The notes beneath the pieces are model-generated. The model worked only from the letters and a program-made list of their open reading frames with translations, was not told where the DNA came from and did not search any database. 64,000 nt of DNA from the human T2T-CHM13v2.0 reference genome, Homo sapiens: the NCBI RefSeq assembly GCF_009914755.1, contig NC_060944.1, one strand, 5' to 3'. Shown one piece after another: positions 40,201-54,600 of the stretch; the first letter of the stretch is position 1; every line of letters begins with the position of its first letter. The position numbers were made by a program, and so were the translations under genes.

Positions 40201-43200
40201 AGAAGCATTCTCAGAAACTTATTTGTGATGTGTGCCCTCAACTGACAGTGTTGAACCTTTGTTTTGATAGAGCAGTTCTGAAACACACTTTTTGTAAAAT
40301 CTGCAAGAGGATATTTGGATAGCTTTGAGGATTTCGTTGGAAACGGGAATGTCTTCATGTAAACTCTAGACAGAAGCATTCTCAGAAACTGCTTTGGGAT
40401 GTTTCAATTGAAGTCCCAGTGTTGAACATTCCCATTCATAGAGCAGGTTTGAAACACTCTTTTTGTACTATCTGGAAGTGGACATTTGGAGCGCTTTCAG
40501 GTCTACGGTGAAAAAGGAGATATCTTCCAATAAAAACTAGATAGAAGCAATGTCAGAACTCTTTTCATGATGTATCTACTCAGCAAACAGAGTTGAACCT
40601 TTCTTTTGAGAGAGCAGTTTTGAAACACTCTTTTTGTGGAATATGCAAGTGGGTATTAGGCCAGCTTGGAGGATTTCGTTGGAAACGGGAATACGTATAA
40701 AAAGCAGACAGCAGCATTGTCAGAAACTACTTTGTGATGTTTGCATTCAAGTCACAGAATTGAACACTCCCTTTCACAGAGCAGGTTTGAAACACTCTTT
40801 TTGTAGTGTCTGTAAGTGAACATTTGGATTGCTTTCAGGCCTAAGGTGAAAAAGGAAATATCTTCCCATAAAAACTAGACAGAAGCATTCTCAGAAACTT
40901 GTTTGTGATGTGTGCCCTCTACTGACAGAGTTGAAGCTTTCTTTGCAAAGAGCAGTTTTGAAACACTCTTTTTGTAGAATCTGCAAGAGGATATTTGGAT
41001 AGCTTTGAGGATTTCTTGGGAAACGGGAATGTCTTCAGATAAACTCTAGACAGAAGCATTCTCAGAAACTTCTTTGGGATGTTTCAATTGAAGTCACAGT
41101 GTTGAACATTCCCTTTCACAGAGCAGGTTTGAAACACTCTTTTTGTAGTGTCTATAAGTGAACATTTGGCGTGCTTTCAGGCCTAACGTGAAAAAGGAAA
41201 TATCTTCCCATAAAAACTAGACAGAAGCATTCTCAGAAACTTGTTCTTGATGTGTCCCCTCTACTGACAGAGTTGAACCTTTCTTTGCAAAGAGCAGCTT
41301 TGAAACACTCTTTTTGTAGAATCTGCAAGAGGATATTTGGATAGCTTGGAGGATTTCGTTGGAAACGGGTATGTCTTCAGATAAACTCTAGACAGAAGCA
41401 TTCTCAGAAACTTCTTTGGGATGTTGCATTCAAGTCACAGAGTAGAACATTCCCATTCATAGAGCAGATTTGAAACACTCTTTTTGTAGTATCTGGAAGT
41501 GGACATTTGGAGCGCTTTCAGGCCTATGTTGAAAAAGGAAATATCTTCCCATAAAAACTAGACGGAAGCATTCTCAGAAACTTATTTGTGATGTGTTTGC
41601 TCAACTAACAGGATTGAACCATCGTTTTGAAGGAGCAGTTTTGAAACACTGTTTTCGTGGAATCTGCAAGTGGATATTTGGCTAGCTTTGAGGATTTCGT
41701 TGGAAACGGGATTACATATAAAAAGGAGACAGCAGCATTCTCAGAAACTTCTTTGTGATGTCTGCATTCAATTCACAGAGTTGAGCATTCCCTTTCATAG
41801 AGCAGGTTGGAAACACTCTTTTTGTAGTATCTGGATGAGGACATTTGGAGCGCTTTCAGGCGTATGGTGAAAAAGGAAATATCTTCCCGTAAAAACTAGA
41901 CAGAAGCATTCTCAGAAGTTTATTTGTGATGTGTGCCCTCAACTAACAGAGTTGAACCTTTCTTTTGATAGAGCAGTTTTGAAACACTCTTTTTGTAAAT
42001 TCTGCAAGAGGATATTTGGATAGTTTTGAGGATTTCGTTGCAAACGGGAATGGCTTCATATAAACTCTAGACAGAAGCATTCTCAGAAACTTCGTTGGGA
42101 TGTTTCGATTGAAGTCCCAGTGTTGAACATTCCCTTTTATAGAGCAGGTTGGAAACACTCTTTCTGCATTCCCTGGAAGTGGACATTTGGAGCGCTTTCA
42201 GGACGACGGTGAAAATGGAAATATCTTCCAAGAAAATCTAGATAGAAGCAATGTCAGAAACTTTTATGTGATGGATCTACTCAGCTAACAGAGTTGAACC
42301 TTTCTTTTGAGAGAGCAGTTTTGCAACACTCTTTTTGTGGAATATGCAAGTGGATATTAGGGCAGCTTTGAGGATTTCGTTGGAAACGGGAATACATGTA
42401 AAAAGCAGACAGCAGCATTCTCAGAAACTTCTTTGTGATGTTTGCATTGAAGTCACAGAGTTGAACATTCCCTTTGAGAGAGCAGGTTTGAAACACGCCT
42501 TTTGTCATATCTGGAAGTGTCCATTCGGAGCGCATTCAGGCTTGTGTTGAAAAAGGAAATATCCTCCCATAAAAACTAGACAGAAGCATTCTCAGAAACT
42601 TATCTGTGATGTATGTACTCAACTAACAGAACTAAACCATCGTTTTGAAGGAGCAGTTTTGAAACACTCTTTTTGCGGAATCTGCAAGTGGATATTTGGC
42701 TAGCTGGGAGGATTTCGTTGGAAACGGGATTACATACAAAAAGCAGACAGCAGCATTCTCAGAAACTTCTTTGTGATGTTTGCATTCAAGTCACAGAGTT
42801 GAACATTCCCTTTCATAGAGCAGGTTTGAAACACTCTTTTTGTAGTATCTGGATGTGGACATTTGGATCGCTTTCAGGCCTATGGTGAAAAAGGAAATAT
42901 CTTCCCATGAAGACTAGACAGAAGCATTCTCAGAAACTTATTTGTGATGTGTGCCCTCAACTGACAGTGTTGAACCTTTGTTTTGATAGAGCAGTTCTGA
43001 AACACACTTTTTGTAAAATCTGCAAGAGGATATTTGGATAGCTTTGAGGATTTCGTTGGAAACGGGAATGTCTTCATGTAAACTCTGGACAGAAGCATTC
43101 TCAGAAACTGCTTTGGGATGTTTCAATTGAAGTCCCAGTGTTGAACATTCCCTTTCATAGAGCAGGTTTGAAACACTCTTTTTGTACTATCTGGAAGTGG

Positions 43201-44287
43201 ACATTTGGAGCGCTTTCAGGTCTACGGTGAAAAAGGAGATATCTTCCAATAAAAACTAGATAGAAGCAATGTCAGAACTTTTTTCATGATGTATCTACTC
43301 AGCAAACAGAGTTGAACCTTTCTTTTGAGAGAGCAGTTTTGAAACACTCTTTTTGTGGAATATGCAAGTGGGTATTAGGCCAGCTTGGAGGATTTCGTTG
43401 GAAACGGGAATACGTATAAAAAGCAGACAGCAGCATTGTCAGAAACTACTTTGTGATGTTTGCATTCAAGTCACAGAATTGAACACTCCCTTTCACAGAG
43501 CAGGTTTGAAACACTCTTTTTGTAGTGTCTGTAAGTGAACATTTGGATTGCTTTCAGGCCTAAGGTGAAAAAGGAAATATCTTCCCATAAAAACTAGACA
43601 GAAGCATTCTCAGAAACTTGTTTGTGATGTGTGCCCTCTACTGACAGAGTTGAACCTTTCTTTGCAAAGAGCAGTTTTGAAACACTCTTTTTGTAGAATC
43701 TGCAAGAGGATATTTGGATAGCTTTGAGGATTTCTTGGGAAACGGGAATGTCTTCAGATAAACTCTAGACAGAAGCATTCTCAGAAACTTCTTTGGGATG
43801 TTTCAATTGAAGTCACAGTGTTGAACATTCCCTTTCACAGAGCAGGTTTGAAACACTCTTTTTGTAGTGTCTATAAGTGAACATTTGGCGTGCTTTCAGG
43901 CCTAACGTGAAAAAGGAAATATCTTCCCATAAAAACTAGACAGAAGCATTCTCAGAAACTTGTTCGTGATGTGTGCCCTCTACTGACAGAGTTGAACCTT
44001 TCTTTGCAAAGAGCAGCTTTGAAACACACTTTTTGTAGAATCTGCAAGAGGATATTTGGATAGCTTGGAGGATTTCGTTGGAAACGGGTATGTCTTCAGA
44101 TAAACTCTAGACAGAAGCATTCTCAGAAACTTCTTTGGGATGTTGCATTCAAGTCACAGAGTAGAACATTCCCATTCATAGAGCAGATTTGAAACACTCT
44201 TTTTGTAGTATCTGGAAGTGGACATTTGGAGCGCTTTCAGGCCTATGTTGAAAAAGGAAATATCTTCCCATAAAAACTAGACGGAAG
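25253..44287 (+). repeat. Seven tandem 16-mers (starts 25253, 27972, 30693, 33412, 36131, 38850, 41569); the 27972 unit is 2721 bp
   Basis: 2719-bp spacing except 28073 to 30794 (2721 bp), explained by T6 instead of T4 at 28538-28543. Confidence 0.95.
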
Positions 44288-45643
44288 CATTCTCAGAAAC
44301 TTATTTGTGATGTGTTTGCTCAACTAACAGGATTGAACCATCGTTTTGAAGGAGCAGTTTTGAAACACTGTTTTCGTGGAATCTGCAAGTGGATATTTGG
44401 CTAGCTTTGAGGATTTCGTTGGAAACGGGATTACATATAAAAAGGAGACAGCAGCATTCTCAGAAACTTCTTTGTGATGTCTGCATTCAATTCACAGAGT
44501 TGAGCATTCCCTTTCATAGAGCAGGTTGGAAACACTCTTTTTGTAGTATCTGGATGAGGACATTTGGAGCGCTTTCAGGCGTATGGTGAAAAAGGAAATA
44601 TCTTCCCGTAAAAACTAGACAGAAGCATTCTCAGAAGTTTATTTGTGATGTGTGCCCTCAACTAACAGATTTGAACCTTTCTTTTGATAGAGCAGTTTTG
44701 AAACACTCTTTTTGTAAAATCTGCAAGAGGATATTTGGATAGCTTTGAGGATTTCGTTGCAAACGGGAATGGCTTCATATAAACTCTAGACAGAAGCATT
44801 CTCAGAAACTTCGTTGGGATGTTTCGATTGAAGTCCCAGTGTTGAACATTCCCTTTTATAGAGCAGGTTGGAAACACTCTTTCTGCATTCCCTGGAAGTG
44901 GACATTTGGAGCGCTTTCAGGACGACGGTGAAAATGGAAATATCTTCCAAGAAAATCTAGATAGAAGCAATGTCAGAAACTTTTATGTGATGGATCTACT
45001 CAGCTAACAGAGTTGAACCTTTCTTTTGAGAGAGCAGTTTTGCAACACTCTTTTTGTGGAATATGCAAGTGGATATTAGGGCAGCTTTGAGGATTTCGTT
45101 GGAAACGGGAATACATGTAAAAAGCAGACAGCAGCATTCTCAGAAACTTCTTTGTGATGTTTGCATTGAAGTCACAGAGTTGAACATTCCCTTTGAGAGA
45201 GCAGGTTTGAAACACGCCTTTTGTCATATCTGGAAGTGTCCATTCGGAGCGCATTCAGGCTTGTGTTGAAAAAGGAAATATCCTCCCAGAAAAACTAGAC
45301 AGAAGCATTCTCAGAAACTTATGTGTGATTTATGTACTCAACTAACAGAACTAAACCATCGTTTTGAAGGAGCAGTTTTGAAACACTCTTTTTGCGGAAT
45401 CTGCAAGTGGATATTTGGCTAGCTGGGAGGATTTCGTTGGAAACGGGATTACATACAAAAAGCAGAGAGCAGCATTCTCAGAAACTTCTTTGTGATGTTT
45501 GCATTCAAGTCACAGAGTTGAACATTCCCTTTCATAGAGCAGGTTTGAAACACTCTTTTTGTAGTATCTGGAAGTGGACATTTGGAGCGCTTTCAGGCCT
45601 ATGTTGAAAAAGGAAATATCTTCCCATAAAAACTAGACGGAAG
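44288..45643 (+). repeat. 8-mer variant HOR (1356 bp): m1-m7 plus m8/m16 hybrid
   Basis: Marker ORF 44389 to 45745 is 1356 bp. The hybrid junction lies within 45544-45572. Confidence 0.95.
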
Positions 45644-48600
45644 CATTCTCAGAAACTTATTTGTGATGTGTTTGCTCAACTAACAGGATTGAACCATCGT
45701 TTTGAAGGAGCAGTTTTGAAACACTGTTTTCGTGGAATCTGCAAGTGGATATTTGGCTAGCTTTGAGGATTTCGTTGGAAACGGGATTACATATAAAAAG
45801 GAGACAGCAGCATTCTCAGAAACTTCTTTGTGATGTCTGCATTCAATTCACAGAGTTGAGCATTCCCTTTCATAGAGCAGGTTGGAAACACTCTTTTTGT
45901 AGTATCTGGATGAGGACATTTGGAGCGCTTTCAGGCGTATGGTGAAAAAGGAAATATCTTCCCGTAAAAACTAGACAGAAGCATTCTCAGAAGTTTATTT
46001 GTGATGTGTGCCCTCAACTAACAGAGTTGAACCTTTCTTTTGATAGAGCAGTTTTGAAACACTCTTTTTGTAAAATCTGCAAGAGGATATTTGGATAGTT
46101 TTGAGGATTTCGTTGCAAACGGGAATGGCTTCATATAAACTCTAGACAGAAGCATTCTCAGAAACTTCGTTGGGATGTTTCGATTGAAGTCCCAGTGTTG
46201 AACATTCCCTTTTATAGAGCAGGTTGGAAACACTCTTTCTGCATTCCCTGGAAGTGGACATTTGGAGCGCTTTCAGGACGACGGTGAAAATGGAAATATC
46301 TTCCAAGAAAATCTAGATAGAAGCAATGTCAGAAACTTTTATGTGATGGATCTACTCAGCTAACAGAGTTGAACCTTTCTTTTGAGAGAGCAGTTTTGCA
46401 ACACTCTTTTTGTGGAATATGCAAGTGGATATTAGGGCAGCTTTGAGGATTTCGTTGGAAACGGGAATACATGTAAAAAGCAGACAGCAGCATTCTCAGA
46501 AACTTCTTTGTGATGTTTGCATTGAAGTCACAGAGTTGAACATTCCCTTTGAGAGAGCAGGTTTGAAACACGCCTTTTGTCATATCTGGAAGTGTCCATT
46601 CGGAGCGCATTCAGGCTTGTGTTGAAAAAGGAAATATCCTCCCATAAAAACTAGACAGAAGCATTCTCAGAAACTTATCTGTGATGTATGTACTCAACTA
46701 ACAGAACTAAACCATCGTTTTGAAGGAGCAGTTTTGAAACACTCTTTTTGCGGAATCTGCAAGTGGATATTTGGCTAGCTGGGAGGATTTCGTTGGAAAC
46801 GGGATTACATACAAAAAGCAGAGAGCAGCATTCTCAGAAACTTCTTTGTGATGTTTGCATTCAAGTCACAGAGTTGAACATTCCCTTTCATAGAGCAGGT
46901 TTGAAACACTCTTTTTGTAGTATCTGGATGTGGACATTTGGATCGCTTTCAGGCCTATGGTGAAAAAGGAAATATCTTCCCATGAAAACTAGACAGAAGC
47001 ATTCTCAGAAACTTATTTGTGATGTGTGCCCTCAACTGACAGTGTTGAACCTTTGTTTTGATAGAGCAGTTCTGAAACACACTTTTTGTAAAATCTGCAA
47101 GAGGATATTTGGATAGCTTTGAGGATTTCGTTGGAAACGGGAATGTCTTCATGTAAACTCTGGACAGAAGCATTCTCAGAAACTGCTTTGGGATGTTTCA
47201 ATTGAAGTCCCAGTGTTGAACATTCCCTTTCATAGAGCAGGTTTGAAACACTCTTTTTGTACTATCTGGAAGTGGACATTTGGAGCGCTTTCAGGTCTAC
47301 GGTGAAAAAGGAGATATCTTCCAATAAAAACTAGATAGAAGCAATGTCAGAACTTTTTTCATGATGTATCTACTCAGCAAACAGAGTTGAACCTTTCTTT
47401 TGAGAGAGCAGTTTTGAAACACTCTTTTTGTGGAATATGCAAGTGGGTATTAGGCCAGCTTGGAGGATTTCGTTGGAAACGGGAATACGTATAAAAAGCA
47501 GACAGCAGCATTGTCAGAAACTACTTTGTGATGTTTGCATTCAAGTCACAGAATTGAACACTCCCTTTCACAGAGCAGGTTTGAAACACTCTTTTTGTAG
47601 TGTCTGTAAGTGAACATTTGGATTGCTTTCAGGCCTAAGGTGAAAAAGGAAATATCTTCCCATAAAAACTAGACAGAAGCATTCTCAGAAACTTGTTTGT
47701 GATGTGTGCCCTCTACTGACAGAGTTGAAGCTTTCTTTGCAAAGAGCAGTTTTGAAACACTCTTTTTGTAGAATCTGCAAGAGGATATTTGGATAGCTTT
47801 GAGGATTTCTTGGGAAACGGGAATGTCTTCAGATAAACTCTAGACAGAAGCATTCTCAGAAACTTCTTTGGGATGTTTCAATTGAAGTCACAGTGTTGAA
47901 CATTCCCTTTCACAGAGCAGGTTTGAAACACTCTTTTTGTAGTGTCTATAAGTGAACATTTGGCGTGCTTTCAGGCCTAACGTGAAAAAGGAAATATCTT
48001 CCCATAAAAACTAGACAGAAGCATTCTCAGAAACTTGTTCGTGATGTGTGCCCTCTACTGACAGAGTTGAACCTTTCTTTGCAAAGAGCAGCTTTGAAAC
48101 ACACTTTTTGTAGAATCTGCAAGAGGATATTTGGATAGCTTGGAGGATTTCGTTGGAAACGGGTATGTCTTCAGATAAACTCTAGACAGAAGCATTCTCA
48201 GAAACTTCTTTGGGATGTTGCATTCAAGTCACAGAGTAGAACATTCCCATTCATAGAGCAGATTTGAAACACTCTTTTTGTAGTATCTGGAAGTGGACAT
48301 TTGGAGCGCTTTCAGGCCTATGTTGAAAAAGGAAATATCTTCCCATAAAAACTAGACGGAAGCATTCTCAGAAACTTATTTGTGATGTGTTTGCTCAACT
48401 AACAGGATTGAACCATCGTTTTGAAGGAGCAGTTTTGCAACACTGTTTTCGTGGAATCTGCAAGTGGATATTTGGCTAGCTTTGAGGATTTCGTTGGAAA
48501 CGGGATTACATATAAAAAGGAGACAGCAGCATTCTCAGAAACTTCTTTGTGATGTCTGCATTCAATTCACAGAGTTGAGCATTCCCTTTCATAGAGCAGG

Positions 48601-51600
48601 TTGGAAACACTCTTTTTGTAGTATCTGGATGAGGACATTTGGAGCGCTTTCAGGCGTATGGTGAAAAAGGAAATATCTTCCCGTAAAAACTAGACAGAAG
48701 CATTCTCAGAAGTTTATTTGTGATGTGTGCCCTCAACTAACAGAGTTGAACCTTTCTTTTGATAGAGCAGTTTTGAAACACTCTTTTTGTAAAATCTGCA
48801 AGAGGATATTTGGATAGCTTTGAGGATTTCGTTGCAAACGGGAATGGCTTCATATAAACTCTAGACAGAAGCATTCTCAGAAACTTCGTTGGGATGTTTC
48901 GATTGAAGTCCCAGTGTTGAACATTCCCTTTTATAGAGCAGGTTGGAAACACTCTTTCTGCATTCCCTGGAAGTGGACATTTGGAGCGCTTTCAGGACGA
49001 CGGTGAAAATGGAAATATCTTCCAAGAAAATCTAGATAGAAGCAATGTCAGAAACTTTTATGTGATGGATCTACTCAGCTAACAGAGTTGAACCTTTCTT
49101 TTGAGAGAGCAGTTTTGCAACACTCTTTTTGTGGAATATGCAAGTGGATATTAGGGCAGCTTTGAGGATTTCGTTGGAAACGGGAATACATGTAAAAAGC
49201 AGACAGCAGCATTCTCAGAAACTTCTTTGTGATGTTTGCATTGAAGTCACAGAGTTGAACATTCCCTTTGAGAGAGCAGGTTTGAAACACGCCTTTTGTC
49301 ATATCTGGAAGTGTCCATTCGGAGCGCATTCAGGCTTGTGTTGAAAAAGGAAATATCCTCCCATAAAAACTAGACAGAAGCATTCTCAGAAACTTATCTG
49401 TGATGTATGTACTCAACTAACAGAACTAAACCATCGTTTTGAAGGAGCAGTTTTGAAACACTCTTTTTGCGGAATCTGCAAGTGGATATTTGGCTAGCTG
49501 GGAGGATTTCGTTGGAAACGGGATTACATACAAAAAGCAGACAGCAGCATTCTCAGAAACTTCTTTGTGATGTTTGCATTCAAGTCACAGAGTTGAACAT
49601 TCCCTTTCATAGAGCAGGTTTGAAACACTCTTTTTGTAGTATCTGGATGTGGACATTTGGATCGCTTTCAGGCCTATGGTGAAAAAGGAAATATCTTCCC
49701 ATGAAAACTAGACAGAAGCATTCTCAGAAACTTATTTGTGATGTGTGCCCTCAACTGACAGTGTTGAACCTTTGTTTTGATAGAGCAGTTCTGAAACACA
49801 CTTTTTGTAAAATCTGCAAGAGGATATTTGGATAGCTTTGAGGATTTCGTTGGAAACGGGAATGTCTTCATGTAAACTCTGGACAGAAGCATTCTCAGAA
49901 ACTGCTTTGGGATGTTTCAATTGAAGTCCCAGTGTTGAACATTCCCTTTCATAGAGCAGGTTTGAAACACTCTTTTTGTACTATCTGGAAGTGGACATTT
50001 GGAGCGCTTTCAGGTCTACGGTGAAAAAGGAGATATCTTCCAATAAAAACTAGATAGAAGCAATGTCAGAACTTTTTTCATGATGTATCTACTCAGCAAA
50101 CAGAGTTGAACCTTTCTTTTGAGAGAGCAGTTTTGAAACACTCTTTTTGTGGAATATGCAAGTGGGTATTAGGCCAGCTTGGAGGATTTCGTTGGAAACG
50201 GGAATACGTATAAAAAGCAGACAGCAGCATTGTCAGAAACTACTTTGTGATGTTTGCATTCAAGTCACAGAATTGAACACTCCCTTTCACAGAGCAGGTT
50301 TGAAACACTCTTTTTGTAGTGTCTGTAAGTGAACATTTGGATTGCTTTCAGGTCTAAGGTGAAAAAGGAAATATCTTCCCATAAAAACTAGACAGAAGCA
50401 TTCTCAGAAACTTGTTTGTGATGTGTGCCCTCTACTGACAGAGTTGAACCTTTCTTTGCAAAGAGCAGTTTTGAAACACTCTTTTTGTAGAATCTGCAAG
50501 AGGATATTTGGATAGCTTTGAGGATTTCTTGGGAAACGGGAATGTCTTCAGATAAACTCTAGACAGAAGCATTCTCAGAAACTTCTTTGGGATGTTTCAA
50601 TTGAAGTCACAGTGTTGAACATTCCCTTTCACAGAGCAGGTTTGAAACACTCTTTTTGTAGTGTCTATAAGTGAACATTTGGCGTGCTTTCAGGCCTAAC
50701 GTGAAAAAGGAAATATCTTCCCATAAAAACTAGACAGAAGCATTCTCAGAAACTTGTTCGTGATGTGTCCCCTCTACTGACAGAGTTGAACCTTTCTTTG
50801 CAAAGAGCAGCTTTGAAACACTCTTTTTGTAGAATCTGCAAGAGGATATTTGGACAGCTTGGAGGATTTCGTTGGAAACGGGTATGTCTTCAGATAAACT
50901 CTAGACAGAAGCATTCTCAGAAACTTCTTTGGGATGTTGCATTCAAGTCACAGAGTAGAACATTCCCATTCATAGAGCAGATTTGAAACACTCTTTTTGT
51001 AGTATCTGGAAGTGGACATTTGGAGCGCTTTCAGGCCTATGTTGAAAAAGGAAATATCTTCCCATAAAAACTAGACGGAAGCATTCTCAGAAACTTATTT
51101 GTGATGTGTTTGCTCAACTAACAGGATTGAACCATCGTTTTGAAGGAGCAGTTTTGAAACACTGTTTTCGTGGAATCTGCAAGTGGATATTTGGCTAGCT
51201 TTGAGGATTTCGTTGGAAACGGGATTACATATAAAAAGGAGACAGCAGCATTCTCAGAAACTTCTTTGTGATGTCTGCATTCAATTCACAGAGTTGAGCA
51301 TTCCCTTTCATAGAGCAGGTTGGAAACACTCTTTTTGTAGTATCTGGATGAGGACATTTGGAGCGCTTTCAGGCGTATGGTGAAAAAGGAAATATCTTCC
51401 CGTAAAAACTAGACAGAAGCATTCTCAGAAGTTTATTTGTGATGTGTGCCCTCAACTAACAGAGTTGAACCTTTCTTTTGATAGAGCAGTTTTGAAACAC
51501 TCTTTTTGTAAAATCTGCAAGAGGATATTTGGATAGCTTTGAGGATTTCGTTGCAAACGGGAATGGCTTCATATAAACTCTAGACAGAAGCATTCTCAGA

Positions 51601-54600
51601 AACTTCGTTGGGATGTTTCGATTGAAGTCCCAGTGTTGAACATTCCCTTTTATAGAGCAGGTTGGAAACACTCTTTCTGCATTCCCTGGAAGTGGACATT
51701 TGGAGCGCTTTCAGGACGACGGTGAAAATGGAAATATCTTCCAAGAAAATCTAGATAGAAGCAACGTCAGAAACTTTTATGTGATGGATCTACTCAGCTA
51801 ACAGAGTTGAACCTTTCTTTTGAGAGAGCAGTTTTGCAACACTCTTTTTGTGGAATATGCAAGTGGATATTAGGGCAGCTTTGAGGATTTCGTTGGAAAC
51901 GGGAATACATGTAAAAAGCAGACAGCAGCATTCTCAGAAACTTCTTTGTGATGTTTGCATTGAAGTCACAGAGTTGAACATTCCCTTTGAGAGAGCAGGT
52001 TTGAAACACGCCTTTTGTCATATCTGGAAGTGTCCATTCGGAGCGCATTCAGGCTTGTGTTGAAAAAGGAAATATCCTCCCATAAAAACTAGACAGAAGC
52101 ATTCTCAGAAACTTATTTGTGATGTATGTACTCAACTAACAGAACTAAACCATCGTTTTGAAGGAGCAGTTTTGAAACACTCTTTTTGCGGAATCTGCAA
52201 GTGGATATTTGGCTAGCTGGGAGGATTTCGTTGGAAACGGGATTACATACAAAAAGCAGACAGCAGCATTCTCAGAAACTTCTTTGTGATGTTTGCATTC
52301 AAGTCACAGAGTTGAACATTCCCTTTCATAGAGCAGGTTTGAAACACTCTTTTTGTAGTATCTGGATGTGGACATTTGGATCGCTTTCAGGCCTATGGTG
52401 AAAAAGGAAATATCTTCCCATGAAAACTAGACAGAAGCATTCTCAGAAACTTATTTGTGATGTGTGCCCTCAACTGACAGTGTTGAACCTTTGTTTTGAT
52501 AGAGCAGTTCTGAAACACACTTTTTGTAAAATCTGCAAGAGGATATTTGGATAGCTTTGAGGATTTCGTTGGAAACGGGAATGTCTTCATGTAAACTCTG
52601 GACAGAAGCATTCTCAGAAACTGCTTTGGGATGTTTCAATTGAAGTCCCAGTGTTGAACATTCCCTTTCATAGAGCAGGTTTGAAACACTCTTTTTGTAC
52701 TATCTGGAAGTGGACATTTGGAGCGCTTTCAGGTCTACGGTGAAAAAGGAGATATCTTCCAATAAAAACTAGATAGAAGCAATGTCAGAACTTTTTTCAT
52801 GATGTATCTACTCAGCAAACAGAGTTGAACCTTTCTTTTGAGAGAGCAGTTTTGAAACACTCTTTTTGTGGAATATGCAAGTGGGTATTAGGCCAGCTTG
52901 GAGGATTTCGTTGGAAACGGGAATACGTATAAAAAGCAGACAGCAGCATTGTCAGAAACTACTTTGTGATGTTTGCATTCAAGTCACAGAATTGAACACT
53001 CCCTTTCACAGAGCAGGTTTGAAACACTCTTTTTGTAGTGTCTGTAAGTGAACATTTGGATTGCTTTCAGGCCTAAGGTGAAAAAGGAAATATCTTCCCA
53101 TAAAAACTAGACAGAAGCATTCTCAGAAACTTGTTTGTGATGTGTGCCCTCTACTGACAGAGTTGAACCTTTCTTTGCAAAGAGCAGTTTTGAAACACTC
53201 TTTTTGTAGAATCTGCAAGAGGATATTTGGATAGCTTTGAGGATTTCTTGGGAAACGGGAATGTCTTCAGATAAACTCTAGACAGAAGCATTCTCAGAAA
53301 CTTCTTTGGGATGTTTCAATTGAAGTCACAGTGTTGAACATTCCCTTTCACAGAGCAGGTTTGAAACACTCTTTTTGTAGTGTCTATAAGTGAACATTTG
53401 GCGTGCTTTCAGGCCTAACGTGAAAAAGGAAATATCTTCCCATAAAAACTAGACAGAAGCATTCTCAGAAACTTGTTCTTGATGTGTCCCCTCTACTGAC
53501 AGAGTTGAACCTTTCTTTGCAAAGAGCAGCTTTGAAACACTCTTTTTGTAGAATCTGCAAGAGGATATTTGGATAGCTTGGAGGATTTCGTTGGAAACGG
53601 GTATGTCTTCAGATAAACTCTAGACAGAAGCATTCTCAGAAACTTCTTTGGGATGTTGCATTCAAGTCACAGAGTAGAACATTCCCATTCATAGAGCAGA
53701 TTTGAAACACTCTTTTTGTAGTATCTGGAAGTGGACATTTGGAGCGCTTTCAGGCCTATGTTGAAAAAGGAAATATCTTCCCATAAAAACTAGACGGAAG
53801 CATTCTCAGAAACTTATTTGTGATGTGTTTGCTCAACTAACAGGATTGAACCATCGTTTTGAAGGAGCAGTTTTGAAACACTGTTTTCGTGGAATCTGCA
53901 AGTGGATATTTGGCTAGCTTTGAGGATTTCGTTGGAAACGGGATTACATATAAAAAGGAGACAGCAGCATTCTCAGAAACTTCTTTGTGATGTCTGCATT
54001 CAATTCACAGAGTTGAGCATTCCCTTTCATAGAGCAGGTTGGAAACACTCTTTTTGTAGTATCTGGATGAGGACATTTGGAGCGCTTTCAGGCGTATGGT
54101 GAAAAAGGAAATATCTTCCCGTAAAAACTAGACAGAAGCATTCTCAGAAGTTTATTTGTGATGTGTGCCCTCAACTAACAGAGTTGAACCTTTCTTTTGA
54201 TAGAGCAGTTTTGAAACACTCTTTTTGTAAAATCTGCAAGAGGATATTTGGATAGCTTTGAGGATTTCGTTGCAAACGGGAATGGCTTCATATAAACTCT
54301 AGACAGAAGCATTCTCAGAAACTTCGTTGGGATGTTTCGATTGAAGTCCCAGTGTTGAACATTCCCTTTTATAGAGCAGGTTGGAAACACTCTTTCTGCA
54401 TTCCCTGGAAGTGGACATTTGGAGCGCTTTCAGGACGACGGTGAAAATGGAAATATCTTCCAAGAAAATCTAGATAGAAGCAATGTCAGAAACTTTTATG
54501 TGATGGATCTACTCAGCTAACAGAGTTGAACCTTTCTTTTGAGAGAGCAGTTTTGCAACACTCTTTTTGTGGAATATGCAAGTGGATATTAGGGCAGCTT

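Noticed and set aside
50765-50986. Unique 73-aa ORF (also 7593-7778 and the eight MKHPK ORFs)
   Set aside because: Each arises from a single SNV that removes a stop codon (e.g. ggaCag at 50855, ctctGgac). They are useful as SNV markers only.
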